Source of the DNA: Octopus vulgaris
Taxonomy: Eukaryota
Reading direction: 5' to 3'
Length of the DNA stretch: 64,000 nucleotides
NCBI GenBank assembly: GCA_951406725.2
Contig: OX597833.1
Span: 34,348,001-34,412,000 of the forward strand
In this document: positions 1 through 11,779 of the stretch, one piece after another
Numbering within the stretch: position 1 is the stretch's first letter
Layout: each line of letters begins with the position of its first letter
Made by a program: the position numbers and the translations under genes
Notes under the pieces: model-generated
Seen by the model: only the letters and a program-made list of their open reading frames with translations
What the model was told of the DNA's origin: nothing
Databases searched by the model: none

Positions 1-376
1 GTCCTCCTCCTCCTCCAAGTTGGTTATAATAAGCACTAGACAAAATACTGGAATCCATATACTCACCCAAAACCCAAATGATAGTGCCCCAGCATGGCAT
101 CAGTCCATGAGACTATAAAAAAGGAAAATTCTCATAGTTAGAATGCTTTTGACATTATAAGCATGATAATCTTGGTGACCTGAGGTTAAACCAAGGCAGC
201 AAGGAGTGGAACTTAATTTTAACTGCTGGCTAGAAAAGCAAAATACTTTGTATAAAAGTGGGATCTCTAAAAAATTGATTTAACATTCGTTAACTAAGGA
301 TAATATTCTGTCCTGGTTGTAGGTTTTTAAACTAGTACGTTTGGCTCAAGCAGCTTAACTATTCTGTAATTAGTTT

Positions 377-585
377 CAAGTTTTGGTACAAGGTCAGCAA
401 GTTTGAGGAGGGGGGCAAATCAATTGCATTAACCCCAGTGCACAACTGGTACTTATTTTATTAACCGCAAAAAGTTGAAAGGTTAAGTCAGCCTCAGCAG
501 AATCTGAACTCAGAATGCAATGGTGGACAAAATACCATTAAGCTTTTTGCCCAATGTGCTAACAATTCTGCCAGTTCACCACCTT
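377..585 (-). mobile_element. tRNA-derived SINE (family B)
   Basis: Minus strand reads GGTGAACTGGCAGAATTGTTAGC...CTGAGTTCAGATTC (B-box-like)...TAAGTACCAGTT; similar copies at ~2685-2830(-), 5634-5775(+), 15998-16170(+), 20968-21173(-). Confidence 0.75.
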
Positions 586-648
586 TAACTTTTCTGTAAA
601 TGACATGATTTTTTTTCTAGCTAATCTACTGAGATTTAGTTTGTGATA

Positions 649-1042
649 TCTTTGTATATAAAAGAAAGGTTGTGTGTCTGTCTACTCCGATTTAGATTCC
701 TAACTACTCCCACATTTTGCGGTGCAGTTTAACCAAAACCGGGTATCTTATAGTCGTGATTCATATCAAGCCCTTCTGGGTATTAGCGCGTGTCTACGAG
801 GAGTCTACGATTTTAAAAATAATTTACCATCATTTTTTTTCCATTTTAATGCATATTTTTTAAATATAAGGGAAGTAACTCTCTAAAAATGTCTATGATG
901 AGTCAACGATTTAAAAAAAAATTTACCATAATTTTTTTTCCATTTTTAATGCATTTTTTGCTATTTTTTGGCTATAACTCTCTAAAAATGCTTTATAGTT
1001 ATTTCCCTTACAAACCCGAGCAACGCCGGGCGATACTGCTAG
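649..1042 (+). mobile_element. Non-autonomous Helitron
   Basis: A|TC 5' end, 3' hairpin CCCGAGCAACGCCGGG then CTAG|T, no TSD; internal tandem duplication at ~800-980. Confidence 0.8.
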
Positions 1043-1997
1043 TCAATCATAAAACTATCACTGCCAAAATCCATATCTGATCTCTCTTTTACCTGGTTCT
1101 TCCTTGCCTTTTCTTTACCTCTTGACTAGTCCTTAATGTTATTGCACCCCCTCCTCTTCACACTACCACTTTCTTCATTACTTACCAAAATTCTTTCTAT
1201 GTTGGCAACAACACTAAAGGAGTTTCAACAGAGTTACATGATCTGTTATAAATTACTTGATCTTTCTTAAATGACTCCCCATTGTCCTGAAATATTCCCC
1301 TTTGGTATGTGTGTGTGTATATATATATCATCATCATTATTGTTTAATGTCCATTTTCTATGCTGGTATGGGCTGGATATATATATATATATATAATATA
1401 AAGTAACAAACTGAGGAAAAGAAATCCTTCAAGGGGGTGATGTTAAACATCCAATTCACTGGCATGTCAGTTATATACCAAACAAATATTGGTATAATTC
1501 AATTATAAAGATAAATTAAATATAGAGATATACTATTGACAATCCAATAATTTATATTAAATACTATGAATATAACAAAATATTATATAGCATAAATAAT
1601 AATTATTATTGTCATCTATTCATTCATTTATCTAATTTTGTCACAGTTTGGCTGACCGAAAACTCTTGGTTATAGCTCTTGTTAAGAATTCAAATGCCTA
1701 ATTCTATCTCATTAATATCAATATTCTCTCACACCAGCAGCCTGAGTTTTGCTATTTCACAGTGTGCCCGCTCTTCCCACCCCACTCCACCACTTGTACC
1801 AGAAGTCTCTACCCTCTGACCTCTATCGGATGTCTCTCCCATGAACACCTCCAAAGGCTTAATGTTTCCCCATCCTTATTTAGAGTTTATCTCCTATGTA
1901 ATGTAGTGATTATGTAGTGCATAAAAAATGATGATGTAGTGTATGCAGGTTGAAGGCTATTATATGTTATGAGTTCTGCCAAATGCAAGCTCTCTTT

Positions 1998-2560
1998 TCA
2001 GGTACATAATGCTACTGTCCCCAATCCCAGGGTCTCACAGGCCCACACCTCCCACACCCTCAGGGTTGGCACACTTAATGTTGACACACTGAAAGGTAAG
2101 TCTGATGAGATTATTGCGATGCTTGAATGAAGACATGTAGATTTGTGCTGCATCCAAGAAGTAAGTTGGAGAGGAAGTTCTGCTAGGTTCCTCACAGGCA
2201 AAGAACATAGGTATAAGATTTTCTGGGCAGGGAACACTGATGGGGTCAGGGGCATGGGTATACTTCTTGTGGAGAAATGGGTTGATAAGGTAATCGAGGT
2301 AGTCAGAATCTGTGATAGAATACTTAAGATTAGATTACTGCTGCAACATGGTTTAGCAACCATCTATCTCGGCCTATGCCTACTTATAAATGCCAAAACC
2401 TTCCCAAGTGAAGAATGCACCCCACAACATAGTTTTGTAGTTAGCGACTTCAGGATCAAGGCTAAACGGATGCCCAGAAGATGGCCAGCATGGAGAAGAA
2501 GGATCTGGAAGCTTAAGGATCTTGTGAATGGACAGAGATTTAGAGACATATTACTCGAAA
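1998..2560 (+). mobile_element. RTE-clade LINE fragment (APE endonuclease, internally deleted)
   Basis: TLRVGTLNV...CCIQEVSWRG...GVRGMGILL with in-frame stop; highly similar to the minus-strand copy at ~62960-63680. Confidence 0.85.
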
Positions 2561-2684
2561 ACGTATATAATTAAGTATCTAAGTCTTCACGTACATATAA
2601 CTGCAAAAAATTATTGTTTAAATTAACTAATAATAATCTTCTAAATCATGACCCTGAAGTGACTTTATATATAATGGAACTGTG

Positions 2685-2830
2685 ATTGACCCCAGTACAC
2701 AACTGGTACTTAATTTATCGATCCAAAAAGGATGAAAGGCAAAGTCGAGCTTGGCAGAATTTGAACTCAGACGAAATACCGCTAAGCCTTTTGCCTGCCG
2801 AGCTAAAGTTTATGCCAGCTCGCCACCTTT
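2685..2830 (-). mobile_element. tRNA-derived SINE (family B)
   Basis: GGCGAGCTGGCA head, GAGTTCAAATTC B-box, same body as 377-585. Confidence 0.75.
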
Positions 2831-3029
2831 AAAATTTCTTATATTATTTGGTATCATGTGTTGATGATCTGTGTTGGATACCTGTGATTACTGAGCATGA
2901 TCAGTTTCCATTTGCATTGTTTCAAATTCACTAATTGGAACCAGTTTAACTTATCCTAGGTGAACACCAACACAATTAATTTTATGATATAAATAATATA
3001 AAAGTTCACATTATTTAAACTGACAAGTA

Positions 3030-3453
3030 TGAGGTGGTATCAATAGGTTGCAGGACTAGTTATGTTTAATAATAAAAAAAAAAACCTATTTGCCATCATC
3101 TTTGAAATAGTCACCTTGCACAGCAATACACTGGTCTCAGCAATCCTGTCACTTTTGGAATCCAGCATGGAAATTGTTTTCCGTAAGCAAGTTGAGAACC
3201 TTCTGTGATTTGCTCTGGATCTTTACAACAGTGTTAAAATGACGACCTTGGAAATCTGTAGGTGCTAAATCTGGCAAATAGGGTAGGTGCAGAAGCAATA
3301 CCTGTTGTTTTTGGTGAGAAACTCATGAGTGAGGAGAGCTTGGTGACACGGTGTATTGTCATCACGAAGAATCCAGTTCTTTGCGTTCCATGGATCCAGT
3401 TGCTTTTGCCAAATGTCCTCCCTCAAATGCTTGAAGACATAAAAGTAGGTCAA
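3030..3453 (-). mobile_element. Mariner remnant
   Basis: WILRDDNTPCHQA resembles the mariner LHHDNAPxH motif; TA-flanked TIR-like end TGAGGTGGTATCAA at ~3030. Confidence 0.7.
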
Positions 3454-4028
3454 TTACAATATTTACAATATTTTTGCTTATTATAAGGTGTTTGTAGAAG
3501 CAGAAGATGAAGTCACAGAAAAAAAAACATGTTGAAGTCATATTTTAGAGTAATTTCATCACAGATATTTAAAAGCTATCCAAAGATGCAATGAAAACTG
3601 TATTTTATAACTAATAAATAAGTAGAGGTATTTTTTCCCCCCCACTTTTTCTGTTTTTCAATGCATTTGTGGAGACAGAAAATATTGTCGCAAAGTTCTA
3701 AGATTTTACTCCAATTATTATGATGTCCATTCACAACTTTTCCACACTACTTCCATCGTGAAATCAAAAATCACGAAAAAACGCTCCACCCTAATGTACA
3801 TGTAATACATATAAAGAATAGCAGTTAAATGATGTAGGAGCACATGATGTGAGTGGAAGGAATCTGAAGAAAAAGACTGAGGAAGAAGTGGTGAGGGCTC
3901 ATATCAAGCTATTGAACTTCGTGAAGGAAATAACTGCAATTAGTGGTGAGAGTGTGCTGAAAAAAATTTATCAAATTCATGCATGCATAGAAAAATGGAC
4001 ATAAAATAATGATGAGAAATAATATATA

Positions 4029-4382
4029 TTATAAGGTGTTGTAAGGAATTAGTCATAATGGTACACCCATCCCACGTGACAATTGGAATGGGCCAATCAC
4101 TATAAGTAAGTTGACGTTGACCAGTATTGAGAGAGTACAAGAGTACATGTAAACTGTGCTAATATAGTAATTATACTGAGTGTATGTTATAACCATCCAC
4201 ATTATGAAGATAGTAACTCTGTACGACTGGGGGTCGTACAATGCCAGATAGAAACATTCTATTGATGACTTCAAAATATAACAATATCTGTCAGAGTAAC
4301 AACCATCATCAAAAGTGGCCCATTCCACTTGTCACGTGGGAGGAGTGTACCATTATTACTAATTCCCTACAACACCTTATAA
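4029..4382. repeat. LTR-derived unit with ~67-bp terminal inverted repeats
   Basis: 4029-4095 is the reverse complement of 4316-4382 with ~5 mismatches; arm sequence matches the start of the Gypsy LTR at 39325. Confidence 0.85.
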
Positions 4383-5214
4383 ATGTGATCAAATCTTAAA
4401 TTGTTCCTTGTAAATTAATGAGAGCAGAATAGTTTACTTTAATGTTCCTATCAGTTTGTGTTTGTCTATCCCAAAGTATGCAACTTGATCATTTTCAGTG
4501 GCACTTGTAATTAATGTTGGTGCCATATATAACCTGTCCTTACTGATTTGGTAATATTTGAATATTATCCCAACAGGTATTCAATACTTTCAGGTTATGT
4601 GCATTCATTTATTTCATATTTGATTTTCTTTTCCATATTTTTGTTTATGTATACAGTAATGCTATATAGTGGTTCACTTATCACAGTTTATTATTTAAGC
4701 TTATGTCGATTCCTCCATGGTGTTGTTTTGCATTTATGATAATATATACAAATTACAAAAGTAAAAAATATATACAATACAGTACTGTTTCTACTCCGTG
4801 GATTTTCACCTATTGCTGGGGGTGGGGGTGGAGTGTAATACCTATGATAGTCAAGGGATTACTGTATATATAAAGTTTCATTTTGACTTACGATATGTTT
4901 TTAAAATATGAGTGGTTGTCTCCTAGTACTCAATGTATTTACTATCCTCCACAAGTAAAACCTCTACAGTAGCTCAAACTACTATAAAAAGTTAACAAAT
5001 TACACCTGAGTTTGATCTGCTTCTGGGGTTAAATGGTAACAACTGACTTCAGCTCAAGCCAGATGAGAAACCTCTACATAGTCGTTTGATCTGCTAGAAA
5101 TAGCAGACATATCTCCCTTAACTCCTGCTCACCTGTTTTCAAAAAAGAAAGATACATTGGATAATACTGTATTGGATACACTATGCCAGATGATCATGAC
5201 TGAAATGCTTTTCA

Positions 5215-5435
5215 CCCTTCTGTTACCATATTTCTGTTGAAATACAGTTCCTTTGTTTCAATTAATTTTGAAAATAATGAGGAATTTAGTCACACACTTT
5301 TGTCCTTATTAAGCTGGTGTTAGGAACTAAATTTCAATCTGAAATTTTGATATATGTTTTTAATTTAAATCAATTTAAAACAGGGAGTTTGTATCAGATC
5401 CAAAATCAGTTTTAGGTGGGTAGGTATCAGAAGGG
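5215..5435. mobile_element. piggyBac-like MITE inserted in an older interspersed repeat
   Basis: CCCTTCTGTTACC...GGTATCAGAAGGG termini with degenerate TTAA (TTCA/TTAC) flanks. Confidence 0.6.
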
Positions 5436-5633
5436 TTACTCACATGTCTGCTGCATCAGGGTGTGGTTAGGCCTGTGGTTGAACAATAATGAAAGCTTAT
5501 TACTGCTTATTTACTATTTTCTTCAATTAGTGTTTTAAATGCCAGCTCTGATTATCTATAATGATTTACTAATGTTCTGTTTGTATTTTGAGATAAGATA
5601 TGCTCTATATTTTATACTTTGCAACAACTTCTT

Positions 5634-5775
5634 GAAGGCAGCAATCTGGCAGAATTGTTAGCATACCAGACAAAATGCTAAGGGGCATTTCATTTGACCT
5701 TACATTTTTAGTTCAAATTCTGCTAAGGTTGACTTTGCCTTCCATCCTTTCGGAGTCAATAAAATAAGTACTAAT
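5634..5775 (+). mobile_element. tRNA-derived SINE (family B)
   Basis: CTGGCAGAATTGTTAGC...AGTTCAAATTCTGCTAAGGTTGACTTTGCC. Confidence 0.7.
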
Positions 5776-6776
5776 AAAAAATTTCGAGGGATTTTGGAAA
5801 ATAACTTTGACATTATTTAGCTGGTGTTTGGAAAATCACTTAATAAAAGGGTTCTAAAAAAAAAAAATATGACGGGTTTTAATTCAGATATCCTTATTTC
5901 CTATTTGTCTATGTCATTAGACTGCAGTCACGCTGGGGCACCACCTTGGAGAATTTTAGTTGAATGAATAAATCCTGCTGCTTATTCTATTGGTCCTGTT
6001 TGCTGAACTGCTAAGTTATGAAGACATAAAAACCAGTTGTCAAGTATTGATTCAATACTGTGCTTGTATATAAGGTGTGAAATCTTTCTGATCTGCCACC
6101 ATAAATATGATAGCATTGGTAGGGTTAGTTTGGTTTGTGGTTATAATGTCATGATTGAATTCTTTCACAAATGCAATATTTGTTCATGTAAACACAGTTT
6201 TTTGTAAATTTTAAAAATCTTTACAGTCAGCATTCCAGTCCTGAAATCTTCTTTTGTTCATTATTTTATCTTTTTGGCATGTACTTTTTATATGGACTTG
6301 GGACTACTTTGAGAAAAAAGATTCATTGAATTTTATAGGAAAAGAGCTCTTTCCCAAACTCTTTAAAATTTGATACCCTTTAGATATTTGCAAAAGAAAA
6401 ACTGTTGAAACTAATTGTGCCAAAAAAGTTAATCCTAAAAGTTTAATTAATGAAATTTTCACTTTGATTGTTTTGTAATGCAGTTTTACAGTAACTCAAA
6501 TTCGTATTGAATATCAATAAAAATTATATTTTCAAAATAAGCAAACTAATAAAAGTTTAGGTGTAAATGTTTAATAAAAATATTCATTTAAAAGCACCTT
6601 GATTTCAATTATGTAAAAAATTTTGGAAATCATATAAAATTGAATCAAACTTATTGAAATTAAGTAAGAAAATAAGTGTTTAAAAATTTAAACAAACCAA
6701 ATAAACTATAACATCTTTAGATTGTTATTGACTTTTTTATTTCTTAATTATGGTTTTGTTTTGGTTTCTTTTCTAG

Positions 6777-7274
6777 GGTGATAATTTTGCTGTTTGTGAA
6801 GCTATAGTTCGACGAGAGCAAAGAGAAAAAGTTTGTCGTTTTGATATTAAGACATTGGGTGGAAATTGTGTTAAACAGCAGAACTATGGATATGATGATG
6901 GAATGCCGTGTGTTCTTCTAAAATTAAACAAGATTTTTGACTGGGAACCTGTACCTTACAATTTGTCTGAGGTACCTGAAGAAATCAAAGACAGTTACAA
7001 AGAGTATGCAATAAAGGTGACTTGCAAAGGTGAGCTGCCAGCAGACCAAGAGAATCTTGGTGATATTTCATACTACCCTAATGAAGGTTTTCATTTCAAG
7101 TACTACCCATATCTTAACCAACAAGGGTACCGTTCTCCTCTGGTCTTTGTACAGTTTGAGAATCCCAAAACTGGAATCCTTCTTATGATTGAATGTAAAG
7201 CTTGGGCCAAAAACATTATACACAATAGGTTACAGAAACTTGGAACAATACATTTTGAATTACTTATTGATTAA
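6777..7274 (+). CDS. Na+/K+-ATPase beta subunit (nervana/ATP1B-like), 3' terminal coding exon
   Basis: Polypyrimidine tract + TAG acceptor at 6775-6776, phase 0, open frame GDNFAVC...NYGYDDGMPCVLLKLNKIFDWEP...YYPYLNQQGYRSPLVFVQF...IECKAWAKNI...IHFELLID*; conserved ectodomain cysteines; upstream exons not seen in the window. Confidence 0.95.
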   Translation, partial: GDNFAVCEAIVRREQREKVCRFDIKTLGGNCVKQQNYGYDDGMPCVLLKLNKIFDWEPVPYNLSEVPEEIKDSYKEYAIKVTCKGELPADQENLGDISYYPNEGFHFKYYPYLNQQGYRSPLVFVQFENPKTGILLMIECKAWAKNIIHNRLQKLGTIHFELLID

Positions 7275-8428
7275 GGGGAGGTGCTGTTGTAAAGAACCCC
7301 AAAGATATATTGAGCAACAAAACACCCAAGACTATGGTTCATATATATATATATGTATATTTATATATATATATGTGTGTGTGTATTTATAATTTGTCAT
7401 AATTTGTATAAGTTCAGATCTAGTTTTTTTACTTCCTTTCAATTTCAGATTTAGGAAACTGTTTTTTCCTCTCTCAATTTTTATACATTTTATATTCAAT
7501 TGTATGAATTATTATTACATTTATACCCATTTTGATATCCATCTTTTTCCTTATGTCCTTGTATACCAGATGGTACAACATAAAAAGACATAGCTGAATT
7601 GTTGGTGGAAAGTATGTGACTCAGTCAGTGTGTCTCTTTTTTGACAACCAAGTTGACATTAACCAAAGAAATGTCCTTTACTTTTGTTGAAATACATTGC
7701 TCTTAGCAGCAAAGCTTGAACACACTGTCATCTTTAGTTTAATGTTTTGTACCATATCAACTCTTCCAGCATATACTTTTTTTTTTTATTAAATCTGTAG
7801 TTTCAAAATCAAAAACTACGGTAATTTGCCTTCATTCAACATTTAATTCATTACATTTCAACAAACTATTTTTATCAGTATCCATATTTTTTATATAGTG
7901 TTTCCTTCATTCTTTTGTTTTCCTCAGTTTTCCCTGATTTAAACATCATTATTCATTTTATTTTGCTCTTTTATAATGAACCTAAAATACTTGTCTTTGG
8001 CAAATGATTTGTGTCACTTTCAGTATGGTACTATATGGAAAGTATAATTTAGAAAGTATCCACACACATACACATTCACTATTTTATTTGATACAAAAGC
8101 AAAATTGCTTTGACATACTGTGATAGTAGAAGTGTGTAGAGTGTAATATATGCTTGTTGCAATTGTAGCTACAAACTCATACTGATATGTTTCATAACTT
8201 TAGCTACAAGTTTGAAATTTTATCCTCAACCCACTCTAACACACAGAAGTGTTGGAAATGGGATAAACAGTTTTAGATTATCTTGTATTAAAAGCAGATT
8301 TTTCTTTCACATTCCTTATTTTGACTTTTATATATTTCTTGATGATGATGATATTATTAGTAAAATCGTTTGATATTTTCAGCTTTTGTTTTATAAACCT
8401 TTATGTTTATATGAAATGTCTGTTTACA

Positions 8429-8480
<52 letters not shown>

Positions 8481-10439
8481 CCAGGGATTGAGGTGTGAGA
8501 AGAAAGTTAGCTTCAGGCAATCTGATTATGTAACCCTGCACTCATCAGAGGTAACTGTTATGGAATGAAATATGGTGATAGACTCTTAGATGACACCCCC
8601 ACACATATATAATATGCATATGAATGGTTCTAGATACTTGGATCTGTACAGTTTTACTCATAGCCAAGATTTTCTATGAAATTAAAGCTATAAGTGGTGA
8701 GTGATTTTATTATTTAAGATATGTTAAAAGTTTTTAAAATGCAAGATGATCTTAAAGAAAATGTCTGTGGGGTAACTGGTTTTATTTGGCAATAAGCTAT
8801 ATTATTAATGGAAGTACATTAGCTTAGTGAAGTCGGTGCTAACATAATTAATGTAATGAACCAAGAAATTTTAATTATAAGTGAAAAGCCTAAAAAAAAT
8901 TTCATTACATCAAAAACTATCTAATATAGAAGTTAAAATATTCATGGGGAGAACCAGTCGATGAGGTTTCAATTTTGAAACTCTTTTTAACTGTGCCTTT
9001 ATTTCTACTGCTTTCCCCGTACACAATATATATACGTGTGTATGTATGCATCTGCACACATATACATTGTGAATGAGTTAAAGTATATATACATTTGTTT
9101 GTGTATACTTGTGAATTTGTGTGTGTGTGCGTGTTTTTAAGAAATCTAGAATTTTCACATGGCTACATACAAGAAATGTTCCTCAATAAATTAGTTATTA
9201 TTAAACAATAATTCCAAATGTCCCTATGTTTCAGAAACCAACTTAACTGTTATAGAATATTCAGTTATATCTATTTAATCATAGAATAGTTTGTTATATT
9301 TTAAATGCAAATAAAGTTATATGCATGTTTGCATACATTCATGTATGCAAACATTCAAAAATTGAATGTAATTTAAAGAGACATAAGTATATTTTTTTTA
9401 TTCTGATAATATATTTACAAATCGCTCTCAAGTAATGACATTTTTTTTATTCTGTTTAAACTGAGAAATGTAAATCTTTGTAAAAAAACAAAAAGTATTG
9501 AAATAAATACGAAACATATTTTCTGATATATATATGTATGTGTATATATTTGTTTGGGTTTTTTGTTACTGTTTTATTCCTTTGTTGTTTCACATAAAAA
9601 CAATCTACCTGGACATCAACAAATCAATGAGGTACCCCTCATGGTTACTAAACTTGTAAGAAATAGCAGCCAAACCAAACACAATTTGAAAAAGAACACT
9701 GTATTCTCTGATATATAAAATGATCATATAATTATGGGTAGAATATCATTCATAGACCTGCTCATACAGAGCTGATTTGGAGCTGAAGAACAACTGGATC
9801 ATTCTCATTATCAACATTATAAAGAAAAATGGCTGAATTTGTTACATGTCAGTTCATATCTTGACAGTGACGTTGTGCTAAAGCATTCAAAGGATATTTA
9901 ACACTACAAGTACATATGTATATATATTTTCTCATTTCAGTCGTTAGACTGTGGCCATGCTGGGACATCAACTTGAAGAGTTTTTAGTTGAATAAATTGA
10001 CTCTAGTACATTTAAAAAAATCCTGGTACTTATTCTATCAGCCCTCTTTGCCGAAATTCCAAGTTATGGGGACTTATGATAATAATAATGAAATTATTGT
10101 ATACAGTGCTCAGGTGCACCACAACTTGTCAGAAAGTGCATATAGAGTATATGCAGTAATGTACAAATGTCTGGAAAGTGAACAGTGTATGAGTCAGATA
10201 CATGCTTGTGTGTGTATGGAGGGGAGAAAATCAGGTGTAGTGTTGACGAATCTCAGAAAGCATGGAAGTTTTGAAGGATGCAGTGCTCCGACAACTAGCA
10301 ACTGATGCCGGCAGTTTGTTCCATGCTTCAGCAACTCTTAGGGTGAAAAAATGTTTCCGAAAGTCATGGGAGCTGTGCTGTTTTCTGACTTTGTAAACAT
10401 GTCAACGGTTGTAAGAAAGGTGGAGTTTGAAAACACACC

Positions 10440-10618
10440 AACACTGTTGTCAAGCAGTAGTGGGGGACAGACACAAACACACTCATATACATGGTGAACT
10501 TCTTTCAGTTTCCATTTACCAAATTCACTCAAGGCTGAAGTTGCCACACAGTAAAATTGAACCCAGGACCAAGTGGTTGCAAAGCAAGCTTCTTACCACA
10601 TAGCCACACTTGTGCCTA
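10440..10618 (-). mobile_element. tRNA-derived SINE (family A), partial
   Basis: Minus strand GTGTGGCTATGTGGTAAGAAGCTTGCTT...GGGTTCAATTT, same head as 35944. Confidence 0.65.
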
Positions 10619-10679
10619 TATACAGATCGATATACTGAAACAAAATTGAAGGCTGCCATTATTTGTTTTGTCTATGTTG

Positions 10680-10950
10680 CTATATGCATGTAAGACCTGA
10701 GTTACTTAATGGAGAATATGAAAAAGCTGGAGCAATTTCACCAACAATGTCTCTACTGTATACTGGGTATCCAGTGGCAAATGCATGTAAGTGATGTTGA
10801 AGTCCTTGAACAGCAACAGTCTACCAGTATCTCTGCACTGATTATTTGATGGAGTGGTCATGTGGTCAGGATAAAAGATGATTGAATCCCTAAGCAATTT
10901 CTGTATGAGGAGATAGCCCAGAGTAAAAGTCAAGCACATAAATTGAAATT
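10680..10950 (+). mobile_element. RTE-like LINE 3' fragment, degraded
   Basis: KLEQFHQQCLYCILGIQWQMHVSDVEVLEQ...WSGHV, typical post-RT region of RTE/BovB-like elements. Confidence 0.55.
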
Positions 10951-11779
10951 AAATTATAAGTGTTAAATCAAAAATACACTGGTGATTAAATTCTTAGAAA
11001 ATAGATGTAAAAATCTTGTTCTTAATTCTTCATTGTGAAGGAAAGCAGTGCATGATGGAAGATGGGAATGTAATACGAAGAACTGTAAAATGAGGAACAA
11101 AGTATGATTCACCTACCTCTTAGTGTTGACTGTCCAACTGGGTTAAATTCAAGATGCACCCTACCCATCTGACCTATTGTTAGAACCCACAGAAAATTTT
11201 CTTACTCACACATCTACATGCATCCCTTCACTCACACTGCCTGAGGCCAAAGATGCCTACTTCTGCCCCTTCTGGTAGGGCTCTTCGGCCATTGACATCA
11301 CTGACCCTTTCCTCCTGAATTACCTCATCACCACAGGAACAAAATCCTATCAAGCATGAACTGCTAAAAGAGAGATGTTAGCAAAGGTCTTGATGTGAAT
11401 TTGGTTGAGTATGTTGGTATACAATCCAGTTTAACATGCAGCAAGTGTGGATTCTGTATCTAAGTATGAGAGGCCTTGGAAGTCATCAGAGAAGCCACAG
11501 ACACAAGGAAATTGTTATCTATGTATTATACAGCATCTGTACTTGCACAGCGTTTAGAAAAGATGTCAAGAGATGGACTGAAACATGAAGGTTCATCAAA
11601 ACAATATTGTAACATCTACTGCAAGAGGTATCCAGTATTGTCACATCTGTACAAAAGAGTGTAAGTCCCAAGCAGAAATGAAAAATACCACATCCATACC
11701 AGTCATGCTTGAAAAAATAATTGAGCAATGGTATTATTCAAAATCTAGTTGCAACCATCGTGTGTGAGGGGTTGGTAAA

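Noticed and set aside
8510-8555. Minus-strand CTGATGAG followed by a weak stem and GAAG
   Set aside because: Stem II pairs poorly and there is no GAAA/stem III; at best a decayed hammerhead
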